Origin: an uncultured Actinomycetes bacterium
GTDB lineage: Bacteria; Actinomycetota; Thermoleophilia; Gaiellales; JALYLC01
Length of the DNA stretch: 64,000 nt
Direction of reading: 5' to 3'
Assembly: GCA_963743275.1 (NCBI GenBank)
Contig: CAVUPB010000008.1
Span: 330,794 to 394,793 of the forward strand
The position numbers and the translations under genes were made by a program. Under the pieces are notes generated by a model, which saw nothing but the letters and a program-made list of their open reading frames with translations, searched no databases and was not told the DNA's origin. How positions within the stretch are numbered: position 1 is the stretch's first letter; every line of letters begins with the position of its first letter. Shown here piece after piece: positions 26,804-35,927 of this stretch.

Positions 26804-28256
26804 ATGACCGAGCATGCCGTGGTGATCGCCGGAGGAGGGCCGACGGGCCTGATGCTGGCGGCTGAGCTGGCGCTTGCGGGGATCGATGTGGCAATCGTCG
26901 AGCGGCGCGCGAGCCAGGAGCTCGACGGCTCGCGCTCCGGCGGTCTGCACTCGCGCACCATCGAGGTGCTCGATCAGCGCGGCGTCGCCGAGCGGTTCCT
27001 CGCGGAGGGGCAGGCGATGCAGGTCCAGGCGTTCGCCGGGATCCCGTTGGACATCAGCGACTTCCCCACCCGCCACAACTACGGGCTCGCGCTGTGGCAG
27101 AGCCACTTCGAGCGCATACTGGCCGCCTGGGTCGGCGAGCTGGGGGTGCCGATCGCTCGCGAACGCGAGGTGACGGGCTTCGCGCAGGACGACACCGGCG
27201 TCGACGTCGAGCTGTCCGACGGCCAGTCGCTACGGGCGGACTACCTGGTCGGGTGCGACGGAGGGCGCAGTGTGATTCGCAAGGCGGCCGGCATCGAGTT
27301 TCCCGGGTGGGATCCGACGACCAGCTGGCTGATCGCCGAGGTCGAGATGGACGAGGAGCCGGAGATCGGCATGCGCGAGGGTGGTGGCATCGGCCGGGCG
27401 GACGGAGGGCGAGTGCGGGTCGTGCTGACCGAACCGAACCTCGAACACACCGGCGAGCCCACCCTGGAGAATCTCAGCGAGGCACTCGTCGACGTCGACG
27501 GGACGGACTACGGGGTGCACAGCCCTACCTGGATCTCCCGTTTCACCGACATGACCCGGCAGGCGGCGTCCTACCGCAAGGGACGTGTACTGCTCGCGGG
27601 CGACGCCGCACACGTGCATCCCCCGCAGGGCGGACAGGGCCTCAACACCGGTGTGCAGGATGCCGTGAACCTCGGATGGAAGCTGGCGCAGGTGGTCGAC
27701 GGGACATCGCCGGACGGCCTCCTGGACAGCTACCACGCCGAGCGGCACCCGGTCGCGGCCCGCGTGCTGCACAACACCATGGCGCAGGTCGCGCTCAGGG
27801 GCACCGACGAGCGCACCGGTGCGTTGCGCGACACCGTGTCCGATCTGCTGAGCATGGACGAGCCGCGCAAGCGGTACGCCGCGATGCATGTCCGGCCTGG
27901 ACATCCACTACGACCTCGGCGAGGGGCACCCGCTGCTCGGGCGCCGCATGCCCGATCTCGACCTGGCCACTGCCGACGGCCCGCTGCGGGTCTTCACCCT
28001 GCTGCACGGTGCCCGGCCGGTGCTGCTCGACCTCGGTCAGCCCGGCGGCTTCGACATCGCTCCATGGGCAGATCGGGTCCGCCTGATCGACGCCACGTAC
28101 GCCGGTGCATGGGAGCTCCCGGCACTCGGCGCGGTCCCTGCTCCCGCCGCCGTGCTGATTCGGCCCGACGGATACGTCGCCTGGGTCGGAGAGCGAACCG
28201 ACGTCGGACTGACAGACGCGCTGACCACCTGGTTCGGAGCACGCACGGCGGCGTAG
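26804..28256 (+). pseudogene. FAD-dependent aromatic-ring monooxygenase (PheA/TfdB-TetX-like), frame broken at 27887
   Basis: MTEHAVVIAGGGPTGLMLA..DGGRSVIRK..LLAGDAAHVHPPQGGQGLNTGVQDA..EPRKRYAAM (ORF 26798 frame). The conserved C-terminus MSGLDIHYDLGEGHPLLGRRMPDLDL... follows in ORF 27888..28256. One extra C lies in gcgatgCatgtcc. Confidence 0.8.
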
Positions 28257-28274
28257 CGCACCGGCGGTAACTCA

Positions 28275-28290
28275 GCACGTTTCGAGAAGA
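28275..28290 (+). repeat. Direct repeat copy B (GCACgTTTCGAGAAGA) upstream of the VOC gene
   Basis: It matches 26598-26613 and lies 1,677 bp downstream of copy A. Confidence 0.6.
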
Positions 28291-28350
28291 CAGGCGCCCG
28301 GCCCAGGGCTAGCGTGACGGCCGTCCCTACGACTCCAGAGGAGGTCGGAG

Positions 28351-28764
28351 ATGCTGAAGCTCACCCACGTCAACGTGTGGGTCCACGACCAGGACGAGGC
28401 GCTCGCGTTCTACACCCAGAAGCTCGGAATGGAGCTCCGCGACGACATCACGCTGCCCGAGATGGGCGGCTTCCGGTGGCTCACCGTCGGCCCCGTCGGG
28501 CAGCCCGACGTCGCGCTCGCGCTGATCACCGTGCCGGGGCCGCCCGTGCTCGACGCGGAGACCTCCGAGCAGCTGAGGTCGCTCGTGGCCAAGGGCGCCG
28601 CCGGCGGCCTCTTCTTCGCCAGCGACGACGTGCAGGGCACCTACGAGGAGCTCAAGGCCCGCGGCGTCGAGTTCTCGCAGGAGCCGACCGAGCGTCCATA
28701 CGGTCTCGATGCGGGATTTCGCGACACCTCCGGGAACCAGATCCGCATGGTGCAGTCCAGCTGA
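28351..28764 (+). CDS. VOC (glyoxalase/bleomycin-resistance/dioxygenase) family protein
   Basis: GAGGAGG RBS. MLKLTHVNVWVHDQDEALAFYTQKLGMELR..FRDTSGNQIRM. Confidence 0.85.
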   Translation: MLKLTHVNVWVHDQDEALAFYTQKLGMELRDDITLPEMGGFRWLTVGPVGQPDVALALITVPGPPVLDAETSEQLRSLVAKGAAGGLFFASDDVQGTYEELKARGVEFSQEPTERPYGLDAGFRDTSGNQIRMVQSS

Positions 28765-28831
28765 TGCCCCTGCGCGGCCCGTCGCCGGCACCGGCCGGTG
28801 ACGGGCCGCCCGTGCGGCGGGCACGCGCGTC

Positions 28832-29338
28832 ATGATTGCGCTCATGTCGGAATTCCTCGGCCAGACGCACGAGACCCTGCGCATGCGCGTCGATCTGCGC
28901 GGCGAGTTCCCACCGCCGGCCTGGCCCGACGGCAGCGGAGTGCGGCCCTTCCACGTGTCCGACGCGCCGCGCCTGCACGCGCTGCTCGAGCACGGGTACC
29001 GCAACGGCGGCGGCAGCGTCGAGCCGTACGACGCATGGTTGCCGGCGCTCACGGGAGACAGCGAGTTCGATCCCGAGCTCTGCTTCCTGGTCGAGGTCGG
29101 GGACGACCTCGCCGCGGCTGCGATCTGCTGGACGAGCGCGTTCGTCAAGGACATCGTCGTCCACGAGACGTGGCGCCGCCACGGTCTCGGCGAGGCGCTG
29201 CTCCGGCTCGCCTTCCGCACGTTCCAGGCGCGTGGCGCGGCGTCCGTCGAGCTGAAGGTGCAGGCGCAGAACGCGCCCGCCATCCGGCTCTACGAGCGGG
29301 TCGGCATGCGCACGATCGAGCGGATCACGGAGCCGTAG
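28832..29338 (+). CDS. GNAT family N-acetyltransferase
   Basis: ..VVHETWRRHGLGEALLRLAFRTFQARGAASVELKVQAQNAPAIRLYERVGM is the acetyl-CoA binding motif. Confidence 0.8.
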   Translation: MIALMSEFLGQTHETLRMRVDLRGEFPPPAWPDGSGVRPFHVSDAPRLHALLEHGYRNGGGSVEPYDAWLPALTGDSEFDPELCFLVEVGDDLAAAAICWTSAFVKDIVVHETWRRHGLGEALLRLAFRTFQARGAASVELKVQAQNAPAIRLYERVGMRTIERITEP

Positions 29339-29341
29339 CGG

Positions 29342-29725
29342 CTACGCGTCCTCCAGCACCAGGAAGTCGGCAACGTCCAGCAGGCTCAGCGCAAGGCGCA
29401 CCGGTGCGGGGACGAGACGCCTGCGCCCGTCGTGGACGAGCTCGGGCGACGTCAGGTGGTGATGCCGCCCGCGCGTGACCAGCTCGCAGCCTCCCGCCGC
29501 CTGCACGTTCCTGACCCAGTCGGAGTGCGTCCCGTACGTGAGCGCGACGACGTAGCGACCGTCGCGGCGGAAGACGTTGACGGGGGTGCGATAGGTGCGA
29601 CCCGACCTGCGGCCCGTGTGGACGACGAGGCCGAAGCCCGGGAGCCACGGCGCGATCGGGGCCGTCACGCGGTTCGTGACAGTGCGATTGAAGCGCGCGA
29701 CGCGCCGGCCGAGACGCGGGCTCAC
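29342..29725 (-). CDS. Deazaflavin (F420)-dependent nitroreductase family oxidoreductase (DUF385/Ddn-like)
   Basis: Track ORF of 127 aa: ..FNRTVTNRVTAPIAPWLPGFGLVVHTGRRSGRTYRTPVNVF..YGTHSDWVRNV. Confidence 0.8.
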   Translation of the reverse strand: MSPRLGRRVARFNRTVTNRVTAPIAPWLPGFGLVVHTGRRSGRTYRTPVNVFRRDGRYVVALTYGTHSDWVRNVQAAGGCELVTRGRHHHLTSPELVHDGRRRLVPAPVRLALSLLDVADFLVLEDA

Positions 29726-29782
29726 GGCGCCGCCGACGAGTTCCGGGCGTTCCGGCGGTCAGCGCTCGTGATCACCGCAGCA

Positions 29783-29817
29783 GCCTATGCACCTCGCGAG
29801 GAGCGAGGTGCATAGGC
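29783..29817 (-). terminator. Perfect 15-bp stem hairpin downstream of the SnoaL-like gene
   Basis: GCCTATGCACCTCGC-gagga-GCGAGGTGCATAGGC. No U-tract follows, so terminator function is inferred from position only. Confidence 0.4.
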
Positions 29818-29941
29818 GCCGGGTCGCGGCCGGGACGAGCTCGAAGTGGTGCTCGAGCCCGACACCGAGCCGTGCCCGACCTCGCCGAGGCGCCGACGGC
29901 GAGGCCGGGGCGCCGAGCGAGGGCCGCAAGCTCTGACGACG

Positions 29942-30376
29942 CTAGGCTGCGGCCGCCGCCGGTGGCGTCATCAGCCCGAGCTGGAACAGGGCGCCCAGGC
30001 GGTCAGGCACGCCCCAGTGCTCGACCATGCGGCCGTCCTCGACGCGGATGACGTCGAAGACGTCGATGCGCATCGGCCGGCCCGTCGGGGCGTGGCCCAT
30101 GAACGAGCCGAGGTTGGTGCCGGTCGCGACCATGCGCAGCCAGACCGTGCCGCCGTTCACGGCGAGGTCCTCGATCGTCAGGCGGAAGTCGGGAAACGCC
30201 CGGCGCAGCGACTCGACGACTGCGCGCACGCCCTCGGCGCCGGGCGCGTGATCCGGCCCGAACTTCTGGTGCTCGGTGAGCGCGGGAGAGGTGAGGTCGT
30301 CGACGACCTCTAGATTGCCCTGGTTGAAGCCTTCCTCGATCAGCCGCCGTACGACGGTCTCGGGAGTTGCCGGCAT
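29942..30376 (-). CDS. SnoaL-like ester cyclase family protein
   Basis: Track ORF of 144 aa: ..VVRRLIEEGFNQGNLEVVDDL..FRLTIEDLAVNGGTVWLRMVATGT..IRVEDGRMVEHWG. Confidence 0.8.
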   Translation of the reverse strand: MPATPETVVRRLIEEGFNQGNLEVVDDLTSPALTEHQKFGPDHAPGAEGVRAVVESLRRAFPDFRLTIEDLAVNGGTVWLRMVATGTNLGSFMGHAPTGRPMRIDVFDVIRVEDGRMVEHWGVPDRLGALFQLGLMTPPAAAAA

Positions 30377-30394
30377 GGGTGCCTCCTAATTGAG

Positions 30395-30409
30395 TACGGT
30401 AACACCGTA
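30395..30409. promoter_or_regulatory. Candidate TetR operator
   Basis: TACGGT-aac-ACCGTA palindrome in the 50-bp divergent region between the SnoaL-like gene and tetR. Confidence 0.5.
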
Positions 30410-30426
30410 TTGGATACAGTAGAACC

Positions 30427-31071
30427 GTGACAAATATCCCCGACGATGTCAAGCCGCGCCGCGCGTACCGCTCGGAGCGCCGCCGCGAGCAGGCCGCCGA
30501 GACGCGCGAGCGCGTACTCGCCGCTGCGGCCAAGCTCTTCGCCGAGCGCGGGTACGAGAGCGCGACGGTGACCGGGATCGCCGAGGAGGCCGGTGTCGCC
30601 CCGGAGACCATCTACGCGGTCTTTCGCAACAAGCGCACGCTGCTCGGCGAGCTCATCGGCATGGCCGTGCGGGGCGGCGAGCAGGCTCCGCTGCTCGAGC
30701 AGACCGGCCCGGCCGCAGTGGCGGCAACGCGCGATCAGCAGGAGCAGGTGCGCATTTTCGCGGCCGACATCAGCCGGCGTCTCGAGCGGGTCGGCCCTCT
30801 GCTCGGGGTGCTGGCGATGGCAGCGCGCAGCGATCCCGAGCTGGCCGAGATGCTGGCCGCGATCCACGCGAACCGGCTCGAGAACCTGCGGTTCTTCGTC
30901 GGCGCGCTCGCTGCGAACGGACCGCTGCGGGTCGATGCGGACGCGGCGCTCGACACGGTGTGGGCACTCGCCAGTCCCGAGCTGTCTCAGCTCCTGACCG
31001 GCACCCGAGGCTGGAGTCGCGAGCGCTACGCCGCGTGGCTCGCCGAGAGCCTCACGGCGCTCCTGCTTTAG
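30427..31071 (+). CDS. TetR family transcriptional regulator
   Basis: ..TRERVLAAAAKLFAERGYESATVTGIAEEAGVAPETIYAVFRNK. Confidence 0.9.
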   Translation: MTNIPDDVKPRRAYRSERRREQAAETRERVLAAAAKLFAERGYESATVTGIAEEAGVAPETIYAVFRNKRTLLGELIGMAVRGGEQAPLLEQTGPAAVAATRDQQEQVRIFAADISRRLERVGPLLGVLAMAARSDPELAEMLAAIHANRLENLRFFVGALAANGPLRVDADAALDTVWALASPELSQLLTGTRGWSRERYAAWLAESLTALLL

Positions 31072-32072
31072 CCCGGCCTGCGCTCGAAGCGCGTCATCTG
31101 CAGCCAGGCGGGACGGAAGCCACGTCGTTCGTAGAGCCGGATCGCCGCGAGGTTGGGCTCGATCGCCCCGATCACCTGATCGCTCACGCCGGCTTCGCCG
31201 AGCCGGCGGTCGACAGCGTCGAGCAGCGCGGAGCCGAGCCCCTGGCCGCGCGCGCCGGCGTCGACGACGAGCAGCTTGATCTCGGCGACGTCGCGGCCCG
31301 TCACCCAGGTGTCGGCCCAGAGCGGATCGTCGCGCGTCACCGCGACGCAGGCCATGGCGAGCGGCTGCGCCGCAGGCCCGGCGCGGAGCAGGAGGCCGTC
31401 CGCGGCGGTGGCGGCGAGCAGTTCGCGCATGACCTCCCACGAGGCCTCGTGCGCAACGAACGGCCCGAGGCCGGGCGCGACGTCCTGGTGGTGGCCGTGC
31501 AGCGCGTGCCAGAGCGCGGCGAGCGAGTCGACGTCGTCCGGCGCGACCGGCTCGACGGCGACCCGCGCCGCACCCGCGGGTGCAGCGGGCGGACGGCCGA
31601 AGCGCGTGAGCGTGAGCCACGTGGGCAGGTAGCCGCGCCGCGCGTAGAGCGCCGCGGCGCGCACGTTCGCCGGCACGACGCCGATCATGCGATCGTGGCG
31701 CCCGTGCTCGTCGAGGCGCGCGTCGACCGCGTCCAGCAGCGCCGATCCGACACCGCGGCCGCGCAGCCCGGGCCGTACTGCGAGCGTCAGCAGCTCGGCG
31801 TTCTCGGGCGCCGTGGCGAACGTCGCCGGCCAGTGCGCGGGCTCGACTCCGGCGAGCGCGTAGCCGATGTCGGCTTCACCGTCGCACGCGACCAGCGCGA
31901 ACCCGCCGGCGGCGAGCACGTGCTCGTAGAGCGCGAGGCGCGCGGGCCACGACTCCTCGTCGCTCACGAACGGCGCGAGCTCGGGAGCCACCGCCTGGTG
32001 GTGCGCGTGCAGCTCCAGCCAGAGCGGCCGGAGGCGCTGCAGCCCGGTCGCGTCGAGCGGCTCGATTCTCAC
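31068..32072 (-). CDS. Tandem (two-domain) GNAT N-acetyltransferase
   Basis: 334 aa. The two halves are clearly homologous: ..LAVRPGLRGRGVGSALLDAVDARL..AAALYARRGY and ..LVVDAGARGQGLGSALLDAVDRRL..AIRLYERRGF. Confidence 0.8.
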   Translation of the reverse strand: MRIEPLDATGLQRLRPLWLELHAHHQAVAPELAPFVSDEESWPARLALYEHVLAAGGFALVACDGEADIGYALAGVEPAHWPATFATAPENAELLTLAVRPGLRGRGVGSALLDAVDARLDEHGRHDRMIGVVPANVRAAALYARRGYLPTWLTLTRFGRPPAAPAGAARVAVEPVAPDDVDSLAALWHALHGHHQDVAPGLGPFVAHEASWEVMRELLAATAADGLLLRAGPAAQPLAMACVAVTRDDPLWADTWVTGRDVAEIKLLVVDAGARGQGLGSALLDAVDRRLGEAGVSDQVIGAIEPNLAAIRLYERRGFRPAWLQMTRFERRPG

Positions 32073-32132
32073 GCCGAGCAGACTAATGGCGGCCGCCGCA
32101 GTCTGGGCTGCGGCGGGCCGCCGTGTTCCCGG

Positions 32133-32420
32133 CTACCCCGCGGTGAGGTAGTTGTGCACCGGGAAGGAGCTGATCTCGGGCTCCGTGGTGATGCCGGCCT
32201 CCTGCACGAGCGGGCGCATCGTCTCCTTTGCGAAGCGCTCGAAGTGCTCGGCCGACTGCCACACGTCGACGACGCGGATGCCGTCTTCGGTCTTCGCGAC
32301 CCAGTGGAACAGCCCGCCTTCGGCTCCTTTGCCCCCCTCCGTGAAGCCCATGCGCCTCACGATGCCGTCGTACTGCTCGAGTGTCGCACCGGCGAAGCGC
32401 AACTCGAATGCCACTGCCAT
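32133..32420 (-). CDS. Small hypothetical protein (95 aa)
   Basis: ATG 32420 is preceded by AGGAGG. MAVAFELRFAGATLEQYDGIVRRMGF..VVDVWQSAEHFERFAKE suggests a ferredoxin-like/ABM-like fold, but this is only a guess. Confidence 0.5.
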   Translation of the reverse strand: MAVAFELRFAGATLEQYDGIVRRMGFTEGGKGAEGGLFHWVAKTEDGIRVVDVWQSAEHFERFAKETMRPLVQEAGITTEPEISSFPVHNYLTAG

Positions 32421-32492
32421 CTTCCGTGCTCCTCCTACGCTGTGGACGTGCGGTTGCACGCTCTTCGTGCGCAGGGGTCGAGCGGTTCGCAC

Positions 32493-33326
32493 CTACAGGT
32501 CGACGGTGCCCGCGACGCACGTGAGCGTGCCGCCGCCGACCCAGACCGCCCCGTCGGCGTCGGCCGAGATGTGCACGCGCCCGGTGCGCCCGAGCGCCGT
32601 GCCCTGGCTCGCGACGTACGGCGCAGTCGCCCGGCCGCTGGCGAGCAGCCATTGGGCGAGCGAGGCGTTGAGGCTGCCGGTGACGGGATCCTCGACCGAC
32701 ACGCCGTCCTTCGGGAAGAAGCCGCGCACCTCGTAGGCCGCGGGCGACCCCTCGGGATACGGCCCGACGATGCCGAGGTCGAGCTCGCTGGGCGCGGGCT
32801 TGACGGCGAGCGCCGCTTCGGCGCTCGCGAGCATGACGACGACCCAGCCCGGCCCGTTGTCGGCCCACTCCGCCGCCAGGATCTCGCTGCGCGGGATGCC
32901 GAGGATCGTCGCGATGCGCTCGACCAGCGCCTCCTCGGCCGGGCCTGAGCGGAGCATCGGCGGTGCGGCGAACGCGAGCCCGTTGTCGGTGCGGCGCACC
33001 GAGATGAGCCCGGCGGCGCACTCCTGCACGATCACGTCGCCGCGCTTCGGTTGCCCGCCGGCGATCTCGAGCCAGGCGTGGCACGTGCCGAGCGTCGGAT
33101 GGCCCGCGAACGGCAGCTCGAGCACGGGCGTGAAGATGCGCACGCGATAGTCGGCCTCGGCGGCCGACGGCGGGAGCACGAACGTCGTCTCGGAGAGGTT
33201 CGTCCAGTTCGCGAACCGCTGCATCTGCTCGTCGCTCAGGCCCGTGCCGTCGAGCACGACGGCGACCGGGTTCCCCGCGTACGGCGTGGTTGTGAAGACG
33301 TCGACCTGTGCGAATGCCCGTTGCAT
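32493..33326 (-). CDS. PhzF family phenazine-biosynthesis-like isomerase
   Basis: MQRAFAQVDVFTTTPYAGNPVAVVLDG..NLSETTFV..IFTPVLELPFAGHPTLG. Confidence 0.9.
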   Translation of the reverse strand: MQRAFAQVDVFTTTPYAGNPVAVVLDGTGLSDEQMQRFANWTNLSETTFVLPPSAAEADYRVRIFTPVLELPFAGHPTLGTCHAWLEIAGGQPKRGDVIVQECAAGLISVRRTDNGLAFAAPPMLRSGPAEEALVERIATILGIPRSEILAAEWADNGPGWVVVMLASAEAALAVKPAPSELDLGIVGPYPEGSPAAYEVRGFFPKDGVSVEDPVTGSLNASLAQWLLASGRATAPYVASQGTALGRTGRVHISADADGAVWVGGGTLTCVAGTVDL

Positions 33327-33358
33327 GGCCCGGAGACTAAACCCTCGTTATTGGGGGT

Positions 33359-33372
33359 TGGACGATCGTCCA
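33359..33372. promoter_or_regulatory. Perfect 14-bp palindrome upstream of phzF-like gene
   Basis: TGGACGATCGTCCA lies 33 nt upstream of the phzF-like ATG, in a 283-bp intergenic region of lower GC. Confidence 0.3.
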
Positions 33373-33609
33373 GGTCGGAGTCTCGTACCCACACGCTCGC
33401 GTACACCTGCTTCTGATCATTCGGAGGCGTTTTCGGCCCGGGAGGTTGAATTGGCCCGGGTCGGGAGATAATGCAGAAGAGCGGTGGCGCGTGAGCGGCC
33501 GCTGACGAGCTTCCCCCGAAGCGCGACGGCATGAGAGCAGGAGGACGCCACGGATCGCCCGGACCACGCAGGAGATCTCCTCGACGGCAGCGGGCCTCCA
33601 CCCGGCCCG

Positions 33610-33960
33610 GTGACGATCGAGGTCGTCTCGGCCCGCGCGGCCGTGGTCACGCTCGGCGGCGATCACGACGTCGCCAGCCGCGGGGCGATCGCCGACGCGT
33701 TCGGCGTGGCGGCCACCGGCCGCGACCTGCTCGTCGATCTCAGCGAGTGCACGTTCATCGACTCCACGATCATCAAGCTGCTGCTGCAGACGCAGCGCGC
33801 GCTGGCCGAGAACGACGCGCGCCTCGAGCTCGTGATCGACACCGGCTCGCAGGGGCATGTCGCGCGCGTGGCCGAGCTGATGGGCATCGCCGAAGTCATT
33901 CCGACGCACGGGACGCGCAGCGACGGCATCCGGAGCCTCGCCGCCGAGTTCGACGACTGA
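33610..33960 (+). CDS. STAS domain protein (anti-sigma factor antagonist-like)
   Basis: Track ORF of 116 aa: ..VVTLGGDHDVASRGAIADAF..DLLVDLSECTFIDSTIIKLLL..LELVID. Confidence 0.7.
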   Translation: MTIEVVSARAAVVTLGGDHDVASRGAIADAFGVAATGRDLLVDLSECTFIDSTIIKLLLQTQRALAENDARLELVIDTGSQGHVARVAELMGIAEVIPTHGTRSDGIRSLAAEFDD

Positions 33961-34009
33961 GGACGCATCACAGAATGCGTGTGCCGTGTGGAGCGGCTGG
34001 ATCGGCCTC

Positions 34010-34042
34010 GCGCAACGTTGGGGTCAGACCCCATCCTTGCGC
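34010..34042. repeat. REP-like imperfect palindrome (core TTGGGGTCAGACCCCA)
   Basis: GCGCAACGTTGGGGTCAGACCCCATCCTTGCGC lies between two convergent genes. It shares a 16-nt core with the copy at 52104-52136. Confidence 0.5.
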
Positions 34043-34054
34043 GCGGCGGCAGCG

Positions 34055-35407
34055 CTAGAGGCCGTAGGCCTCGAGCAGGCGCAGCCACAGCTCGCTGCGC
34101 GTCGGAAACGACGGCACGGCGTGCCAGAGGTCGTCGAGCGGAACCTCGGCCACGACGGCGATCGTGGCGGCGTGCAGCGCCTCGGCGATCTCCGCGCCGG
34201 TGATCGTCGCGCCGACGACGACGCGACGGTCCTCGTCGACGACGAGCCGGGACGTGCCTGCCGCGCCGCGCCCGATGAAGGATCCGCCGGCATTGCCGCT
34301 CGTCTCGACATCCACGTGGCGAACCCGCACGCCCGCCTGGACGGCGGCCGCGAGCGTGAGCCCGACGGCGCCGACCTGGGGATCGGTGAAGATCACGCGC
34401 GGCGAGCGCGCGCCGTCGGAGCGCAGTGCGACCTTGCGGCCGAGGATCGAGTCGGCGGCGAGTCGCCCCTGGTACTTGCCCATGTGGGTCAGCAGGACGC
34501 GGCCGTTGACGTCGCCGACGGCGTACAGCCAGTCGTGCCCGGGAACGCGCAGGTCGTAGCCGACGTGGAGCGGCCCTTCCGCCGGGATGCCGAGCGTCTC
34601 GAGGCCGATGCCCTCGGTGCCCGGCCGGCGACCGAACGCGACGAGCAGCTCGTCGGCCTCGAGCGTGCGGCCGTCGTCGAGCTCGAGTGCGAACGCGCCT
34701 GCGCGCGAGACGCGCGTGGCCGAGACGCCGAGGCGCACGTCCACGCCCTGGTCGCGCAGCGAGCCGAGCACCTGGTCGCTCGCAAAGGGCTCCTCGCGCT
34801 CGATCAGGCGCGCACCGCGATGGATCAGCGTCACGTGCGAGCCGAGGGCGCCCCACGCCTGCGCCATCTCGACGCCGACGACGCCACCGCCGAGGATCGC
34901 GAGACGCCCGGGCACCTGTCCGGCCGTCGTGGCCTCCTTGTTCGTCCACGGCTTCGCGGCGCGCAGTCCCGGGATGTCCGGGACGAGCGCCGTCGAGCCG
35001 GTCGCGACGATGACCGCCTTGCGCGCGGCGAGCGACTCCTGGCCCTCGACGGCGACCTCGAGCTTCCCGGCGATGCGCGCGCGGCCGCGCACGAGCGTGA
35101 CGCCGCGTTCCTCGAGCCAGGGCAGCTGGGCGCTGTCCTCGCGGTCGTGGATCACCTCGTCGCGGCGGCGCAGGACGGCTGCGCTGTCGATCGGGCCCGC
35201 CTCGAGGCCCGGCACGCGCCGCACCTCGTTGGCGAGCTCGACCGGTCGCAGCAGCGCCTTCGACGGCATGCAGGCGTAGTACGAGCAGTCGCCGCCGACG
35301 AGTGCCTTCTCGACGATCGCCACGGACAGGCCGTGCTCGCCCAGGCGTCCCGCCGCCACTTCGCCGGCCGCGCCGGCACCGATGACCACCACGTCGAATT
35401 CGCGCAT
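34055..35407 (-). CDS. NAD(P)/FAD-dependent pyridine nucleotide-disulfide oxidoreductase (dihydrolipoyl dehydrogenase/mercuric reductase superfamily)
   Basis: MREFDVVVIGAGAAGEVAA..VGGDCSYYACMPSK (redox CxxxxC), 450 aa. Confidence 0.9.
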   Translation of the reverse strand: MREFDVVVIGAGAAGEVAAGRLGEHGLSVAIVEKALVGGDCSYYACMPSKALLRPVELANEVRRVPGLEAGPIDSAAVLRRRDEVIHDREDSAQLPWLEERGVTLVRGRARIAGKLEVAVEGQESLAARKAVIVATGSTALVPDIPGLRAAKPWTNKEATTAGQVPGRLAILGGGVVGVEMAQAWGALGSHVTLIHRGARLIEREEPFASDQVLGSLRDQGVDVRLGVSATRVSRAGAFALELDDGRTLEADELLVAFGRRPGTEGIGLETLGIPAEGPLHVGYDLRVPGHDWLYAVGDVNGRVLLTHMGKYQGRLAADSILGRKVALRSDGARSPRVIFTDPQVGAVGLTLAAAVQAGVRVRHVDVETSGNAGGSFIGRGAAGTSRLVVDEDRRVVVGATITGAEIAEALHAATIAVVAEVPLDDLWHAVPSFPTRSELWLRLLEAYGL

Positions 35408-35451
35408 GCGCCGCCTGTCTCGGGAATCGCCGCGATGTTACGCGGGGGTGC

Positions 35452-35880
35452 TCACGCCGTGGCGGCGCGGTGGTACTCCTGGCCCATGAGCGGGCTCGAG
35501 AGCACGAAGTCGGCGGTCGCGCGGTTGCACGCGATCGGCACGTTGTAGACGACGGCGATGCGCAGGAGCGCCTTGACGTCGACGTCGTGGGGGTGCGGCT
35601 CGAGGGGATCCCAGAAGAAGATGACGAAGTCGATGCGGCCCTCGGCGATGGCGGCGCCGACCTGCTGGTCGCCGCCCAGCGGACCGCTCAGGAAGCGGTG
35701 CACGTCGAGGCCGAGCTCGCTCGCGAGCAGGGCGCCCGTGGTGCCCGTCGCGTGCAGCTCGTGCTGCGAGAGCGTGCCGCGGTTGTAGCGCGCCCACTCG
35801 AGCATGTCGGCCTTGCGGTTGTCATGCGCGATCAGCGCGAGCTGCTTGCGGCGGGGCATCGTCGGCGGGACGGCGTCCAT
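35452..35880 (-). CDS. mgsA: Methylglyoxal synthase
   Basis: ..[59 protein letters not shown]. Confidence 0.9.
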   Translation of the reverse strand: MDAVPPTMPRRKQLALIAHDNRKADMLEWARYNRGTLSQHELHATGTTGALLASELGLDVHRFLSGPLGGDQQVGAAIAEGRIDFVIFFWDPLEPHPHDVDVKALLRIAVVYNVPIACNRATADFVLSSPLMGQEYHRAATA

Positions 35881-35927
35881 GGCGGGCTCCGGCGGAGAAG
35901 GGGCGAGCCCTGACCATAGAAGCTCTC

